Below are positions 59,776-64,000 of a DNA stretch of 64,000 nt, piece after piece. Under the pieces are notes generated by a model that was given only the letters and a program-made list of their open reading frames with translations, was not told the origin of the DNA and did no database searches. Origin of the DNA: an uncultured bacterium (GTDB lineage Bacteria > Babelota > Babeliae > Babelales > Vermiphilaceae); NCBI GenBank assembly GCA_963707655.1, contig OY970172.1, positions 640,001 through 704,000 on the forward strand, given 5' to 3'. The translations under genes and the position numbers were made by a program. Every line of letters begins with the position of its first letter. Position 1 is the first letter of the stretch.

Positions 59776-60129
59776 ATGAAAAATTTATTGATCGATGAAA
59801 GACAATTAGAAGAACAATTAAGAGAAATAGAAGAGAATGGCCAATTTTTAGCGGAGAAGCTTTTATCATTAAGCCGAGAAATTAAATATATTTTGTCCCA
59901 AATAAAATTATCTGAGAATGCAACAACTGCAGGTAAATACTTTGATTTATTACAAAAAACTCAAGTGGCGCTAGCAAAGCTTATGTACGTCAGCAAAATA
60001 GGGATACCTGATCCTTTATGTTGGTTTGTTCGTGATTTTGAGCGCATTGATGATAATGAATTACGCAATTATATTTTTAACAAAATTAAAAACGATGAAT
60101 ATTCTTTTGGCAAAAAATTGAATGGCTAA
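59776..60129 (+). CDS. Putative immunity protein
   Basis: 117 aa, no signal peptide, AT-rich, RBS (AAGGGG) within the end of the upstream gene. Confidence 0.5.
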   Translation: MKNLLIDERQLEEQLREIEENGQFLAEKLLSLSREIKYILSQIKLSENATTAGKYFDLLQKTQVALAKLMYVSKIGIPDPLCWFVRDFERIDDNELRNYIFNKIKNDEYSFGKKLNG

Positions 60130-60230
60130 ATCAATGCGCTTCAATGATGTATTGGATTTAGAGTTGTATTAAGTTTGAAACAAAACTTTATTGCAGGCAA
60201 GGCGGCACACGCTTCACAAGTCCAAGTAAA

Positions 60231-60300
60231 AAAGCAAATTATCATTTCGCTCAACGAACACAATGATAATTTGCTTTGAATAATTTTAAATGTTTGTTAG
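60231..60300. repeat. Hairpin-containing repeat copy A (terminator-like)
   Basis: AAAGCAAATTATCATT...AATGATAATTTGCTTT stem; similar to 61301-61368. Confidence 0.65.
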
Positions 60301-60305
60301 TTAAC

Positions 60306-61181
60306 TCAATCCAAACCTGCCGGCATATCAACAATCTGGGTTTCCCCTGGCGATGTAGGATCTTCAAGAGTGCATGTTATCCAATTATTATACCCACGCA
60401 CCATCAGGTTCTCTAGCTTTATTATGGACCCTTGGGTAGAAAATACAACCGATCGAGTACATTTGCCAAGCTCAACCAAAGGATCGCGGCTACCATCCCA
60501 GTGTAGACTAAGATCGTCGGTAATATCATAAACCGCTATTTCACGCATAGTTTTCTCTTTATTTTCTTGGGCACAGATCAGCTTATTTTTAGAGTGTGCC
60601 CAGATTGCCGCCAACACTTTAATTGACGAAACAGGACCATCGAAGGGGCCAACCACAATCCATTTGTCAGTATGTGTATCTACACAGATAAGCTTTGCAC
60701 ATGCATCAGCTTTTGCCTCACCAGCGTCTTTTTTCTTATCAAAAACCGCCGCTGCGTAACGGCTATCATGGCTCCATATAATTGGATCGCGCCATGAACC
60801 GTTATCTCGAAGTATAGCAAAATCTTCGCGAACTGATGTTACTTTGCCTTCTAGCAAGGGGTTAAGTCGCCACAACTGCAGCGAATTACTCTCATAACCT
60901 CTTCCCCTTGCGACAAAGCCATTAGTAACGCCAATAACGCTTTGCTTATCAGGGCTTTCTGAGATAAAACTGCGCGGGATGCGCAGAGGGTAATAGAGTA
61001 GATCGTCTTCGGATTGAGCAGCAGAGGCCGCCTTTACAAAAGCTAGATCACTGCATTTAAAAGCTACATTGCCATCTTTAGAGAAGAGGTCGCCATCCGG
61101 ATCAAGATCTTCTGCGGCAAAATTAGATAAAATTGACACGAGTGCTGCTAAAAATAAGCATCGGTGAAGCTGCATGGACAT
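60306..61181 (-). CDS. Hypothetical exported protein (beta-rich, WSxD motif)
   Basis: Signal peptide; IIWSHDSRYAA resembles a propeller blade. Confidence 0.65.
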   Translation of the reverse strand: MSMQLHRCLFLAALVSILSNFAAEDLDPDGDLFSKDGNVAFKCSDLAFVKAASAAQSEDDLLYYPLRIPRSFISESPDKQSVIGVTNGFVARGRGYESNSLQLWRLNPLLEGKVTSVREDFAILRDNGSWRDPIIWSHDSRYAAAVFDKKKDAGEAKADACAKLICVDTHTDKWIVVGPFDGPVSSIKVLAAIWAHSKNKLICAQENKEKTMREIAVYDITDDLSLHWDGSRDPLVELGKCTRSVVFSTQGSIIKLENLMVRGYNNWITCTLEDPTSPGETQIVDMPAGLD

Positions 61182-61300
61182 CCTTTTTTTATCGATTTCA
61201 TTGTTTCAACATTAATGGCTGTTAAACTAGCACACAATCGCCCTTCTTGGCAAGACCACATGCGGCTATCAATGCATGGGTTTCAAGAATGCACATAAGA

Positions 61301-61368
61301 AAAGCCAATTATCTTTTGCCCAATGAACAAAAAACAATTGGCTTTAAATAACTTTAAATATTTTTTAG
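61301..61368. repeat. Hairpin-containing repeat copy B (terminator-like)
   Basis: AAAGCCAATT...AATTGGCTTT stem plus flank aataactttaaatattttttag matching copy A. Confidence 0.65.
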
Positions 61369-61811
61369 CTGACGCTGATTAATTCAACGTCAAAAATAAG
61401 GTCCGCTCCTGGTGGTATTAAAGCGCCGGCACCATACACGCCATAGCCTAATTTTGAAGGGATATAAAGACGGCGTTTTTCCCCAATCTTCATAGACATA
61501 ACCCCTTCATCCCACCCTTTAATAACTTGACCTTGGCCAATGATGAAGACGAATGGGCGTCCGCGAGAAATGCTGCTATCAAATTGTGATCCTTTTTCAC
61601 CTTTGTTATTTAACCAACCAGTATAGTGCACGGTAACATGTTGGCCTTTGCGGGGTGATTCTCCTGAGCCGGCTTGAAGAATGTCATATTCCAAACCGGA
61701 ATCTGTTTTAATACGGTTCATTTTGTTCCCTGTATGATGATGAGACGGTGCGTCAGCCAGCAGTGATCCTGTTGACAGTACCAAACTATATACAATTAAT
61801 AATCGTTTCAT
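61365..61811 (-). CDS. FKBP-type peptidyl-prolyl cis-trans isomerase, exported
   Basis: VTVHYTGWL, FDSS, VIKGWDEG, IPSKLGYG, IPPGADLIFDVEL; signal peptide. Confidence 0.96.
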   Translation of the reverse strand: MKRLLIVYSLVLSTGSLLADAPSHHHTGNKMNRIKTDSGLEYDILQAGSGESPRKGQHVTVHYTGWLNNKGEKGSQFDSSISRGRPFVFIIGQGQVIKGWDEGVMSMKIGEKRRLYIPSKLGYGVYGAGALIPPGADLIFDVELISVS

Positions 61812-61945
61812 TAGTATATCCTTTATAAAAAAAATTATATCAGCTAAAGCCTAATAAAAAACAATTTTTTTACAACAAAAAAAGTTATTTCTTCCATGCG
61901 AAGCACAACTTCACACGACAGATAAAAATTGATTGAAAGGAGTGT

Positions 61946-63265
61946 ATGAATACTATTACCAGCGACTATCGCCATGCAAAAATCAGTGAGAAAAAAATTG
62001 CCGAATTGGGCAAAACATTGGTGAGCGAGATTGAGCGGCTGCAGCAGGCACAAAATTTGCAATATGATACTGACTATGCCTTTATCAATATAATTAACGA
62101 TGCACCCCTTTTGGATGAAATAAAGCAGTTGGTGCATGAAAAGAAAAAACTACAGCCAACTGTTCTGTTGATCGTTGGCATTGGTGGCTCCAATCTGGGC
62201 ACCTTGGCAATTCAACAAGCACTCTACGGTATGTTTTATAATGAACATCAACCGGAACTTAAAATCTATTTTGTTGATACCGTTGATACTGATTATACCA
62301 ATGACATTCTCTTGTTGGCACAACAGGCGCTTGAAAAAGATGAAACGGTGCTTCTCAATGTAATAAGTAAGTCAGGAAACACCACAGAAACCATCGCCAA
62401 TTTTGAAATCTTCTTGGATCTCTTTAAAAATTATTACGAAGATACCTATCATTATTATATTGTCGCCACTACTGATTGTGGCTCCCCGCTCTGGCAGCTG
62501 GCGCAGCGAGAAAAACTTTCTTGTCTGTCTATACCACAAAAGATTGGCGGGCGTTACTCAGTCTTTTCTGCGGTAGGGCTTTTTCCCCTTGCCATGATAG
62601 GCATTGATATTCAGGAATTACTCCGAGGAGCACAATCAATACTCCCCTCCCTGCTTGACACTGACATTTTCTCAAACAATGCCGCGCTGAGTGCTGCGCA
62701 TATCTTTGCGCACTATCAAGAACAGATTGCCATTCATAATTTCTTTATTTTTTCTGTTGATTTACAAGGAATTGGCGCGTGGTACCGGCAATTAATGGCA
62801 GAGAGCATAGGCAAAGCACAAGTACGCTCGGGAGAAAAAGCGGCGATTGGCATCTTGCCCACCACTGCTATAGGCAGCACAGACCTGCATTCAATGGTGC
62901 AATTTTATTTAGCCGGACCAAGCAGCACGTACACTACTTTTTTATCAGTTGAAACAAATAAATCAGATCTGGTCGTACCACGACAAAATGCATTTGAAAA
63001 GCTTGTTCCTAACATTCAAGATAAGCAGCTTGCATCAATTATGTCTGCTATTTTACAGGGAGTTTTTCATGCATACGAAGAAAAGCAGCGCCCTTTTTGC
63101 GCCATTGCCATACAAGAAAAATCTGCACATTGCATTGGTCAATTGCTCCAATATAAAATGGTTGAAATAGTCTATCTGGCCTTTTTGCTGAACATAAATC
63201 CCTTTGACCAAGCCGAGGTAGAGCTCTACAAACAAGCAACACGAAAGATATTGGCTCATGAATGA
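61946..63265 (+). CDS. pgi: Glucose-6-phosphate isomerase
   Basis: GIGGSNLG, ISKSGNTTET, IGGRYSVFS, QLMAESIGK, DLHS, NPFDQ..VELYK. Confidence 0.95.
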   Translation: MNTITSDYRHAKISEKKIAELGKTLVSEIERLQQAQNLQYDTDYAFINIINDAPLLDEIKQLVHEKKKLQPTVLLIVGIGGSNLGTLAIQQALYGMFYNEHQPELKIYFVDTVDTDYTNDILLLAQQALEKDETVLLNVISKSGNTTETIANFEIFLDLFKNYYEDTYHYYIVATTDCGSPLWQLAQREKLSCLSIPQKIGGRYSVFSAVGLFPLAMIGIDIQELLRGAQSILPSLLDTDIFSNNAALSAAHIFAHYQEQIAIHNFFIFSVDLQGIGAWYRQLMAESIGKAQVRSGEKAAIGILPTTAIGSTDLHSMVQFYLAGPSSTYTTFLSVETNKSDLVVPRQNAFEKLVPNIQDKQLASIMSAILQGVFHAYEEKQRPFCAIAIQEKSAHCIGQLLQYKMVEIVYLAFLLNINPFDQAEVELYKQATRKILAHE

Positions 63266-64000
63266 CTGTACTATCATAATATTCGGCGCCAGCGGTGATT
63301 TGGCAAAGCGCAAAATAATCCCTGCTCTCTATCGCCTGGTTGAGCGCAACATTTTAACAAAGTTTCTTCTCATCGGTGCAGCAATTGATCATATTTCCTC
63401 CGATGAGATGCTGCAGCGCGCGCAAGAATTTATTGAAAACATTAACCCTGCTGTCTGGGAAAAACTAAAAAAGGCCGCTCTCTATCAGCCATTAAATTTT
63501 ACCAATTCAGCAGATTATGCCGACCTACAGCAGCAAACAGATGAATATGAAAAAAAATATGGTATGAGCGGCAATCGAATCATCTATGTCGCCGCTGCAT
63601 CACAATTTTTTTGTGCGATTACCAGTAACCTCGCCGCATCGGGCCTTGCACAGCGCCTGGGAGCAGAGGAAAAAACATGGCATAGAATTGTTTATGAAAA
63701 GCCATTTGGCCATGATCTTGCAAGTGCGCAGCATATTGACCGGTGCATAGAAAAATCATTTTTTGAGCAGCAAATTTATCGTGTTGATCATTTTTTAAGC
63801 AAAGAGTTGGTAAGCAATATTGCTCTGCTCCGCTTTACCAATATTTTTTTTGAGCCGATCTGGAACAATCATTACATAGATAACATACAGATTATTTTAG
63901 ATGAAAAAATTGGTATTGACGGGCGTGGCGCTTATTACGATAAATCTGGCGCCTTGGCGGATGTGATGCAAAACCACATGCTTGAAATGCTTGCACTCAT
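63258..64000 (+). CDS. zwf: Glucose-6-phosphate 1-dehydrogenase, runs off the window
   Basis: Manual translation MNDCTIIIFGASGDLAKRKIIPALY...EKPFGHDL...YRVDHFLSKE...GRGAYYD..GALADVMQNH. Confidence 0.95.
   Translation, partial: MNDCTIIIFGASGDLAKRKIIPALYRLVERNILTKFLLIGAAIDHISSDEMLQRAQEFIENINPAVWEKLKKAALYQPLNFTNSADYADLQQQTDEYEKKYGMSGNRIIYVAAASQFFCAITSNLAASGLAQRLGAEEKTWHRIVYEKPFGHDLASAQHIDRCIEKSFFEQQIYRVDHFLSKELVSNIALLRFTNIFFEPIWNNHYIDNIQIILDEKIGIDGRGAYYDKSGALADVMQNHMLEMLAL

Noticed and set aside
1..64000. Numerous short ORFs antisense to or nested in long genes (e.g. 12391-12870, 36231-36662, 50845-51261, 52338-52778, 56249-56620)
   Set aside because: Shadow ORFs overlapping well-supported genes, without motifs or RBS
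1..64000. tRNA, rRNA, IS/transposase, integrase, prophage or known anti-phage defence genes
   Set aside because: None recognised by eye; the 31126 ATPase has no adjacent nuclease partner. tRNAscan/Infernal/DefenseFinder would be needed to exclude them formally

Overview
A 64 kb, AT-rich bacterial chromosomal window. Gene content and style suggest a host-associated bacterium, most plausibly Candidatus Dependentiae/Babelota (TM6); this is an inference, not a verified assignment. The clues are many orphan proteins with signal peptides, a Chlamydia-like tgt/yhhQ pair, a split ATP synthase operon and signal-peptide-bearing AAA ATPases. Housekeeping genes include dnaG, rpoD (broken by clustered indels, probably assembly errors), lgt, mnmG, mraY, tgt, orn, atpE/F'/F/H/A, recD2, uvrB, a recO-like gene, mscS-like, FKBP, pgi and zwf. 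They are interleaved with putative exported proteins. The main candidates for new biology are: (1) a tandem trio of exported classic-clade AAA ATPases, two intact and one degenerate, divergent from a probable polymorphic toxin-immunity pair (53.5-60.1 kb); (2) four consecutive putative exported proteases (two TIKI/EreA-ChaN-like, one CPBP, one M48; 2.4-6.8 kb); (3) reused export-leader cassettes fused to unrelated C-termini, a recurring Met-Asp at predicted mature N-termini, and one protein ending in a CaaX box; (4) a two-domain Ddl with asymmetric active sites; (5) a c-subunit with a Na+-binding signature. No rRNA, tRNA, CRISPR array or IS element was recognised.
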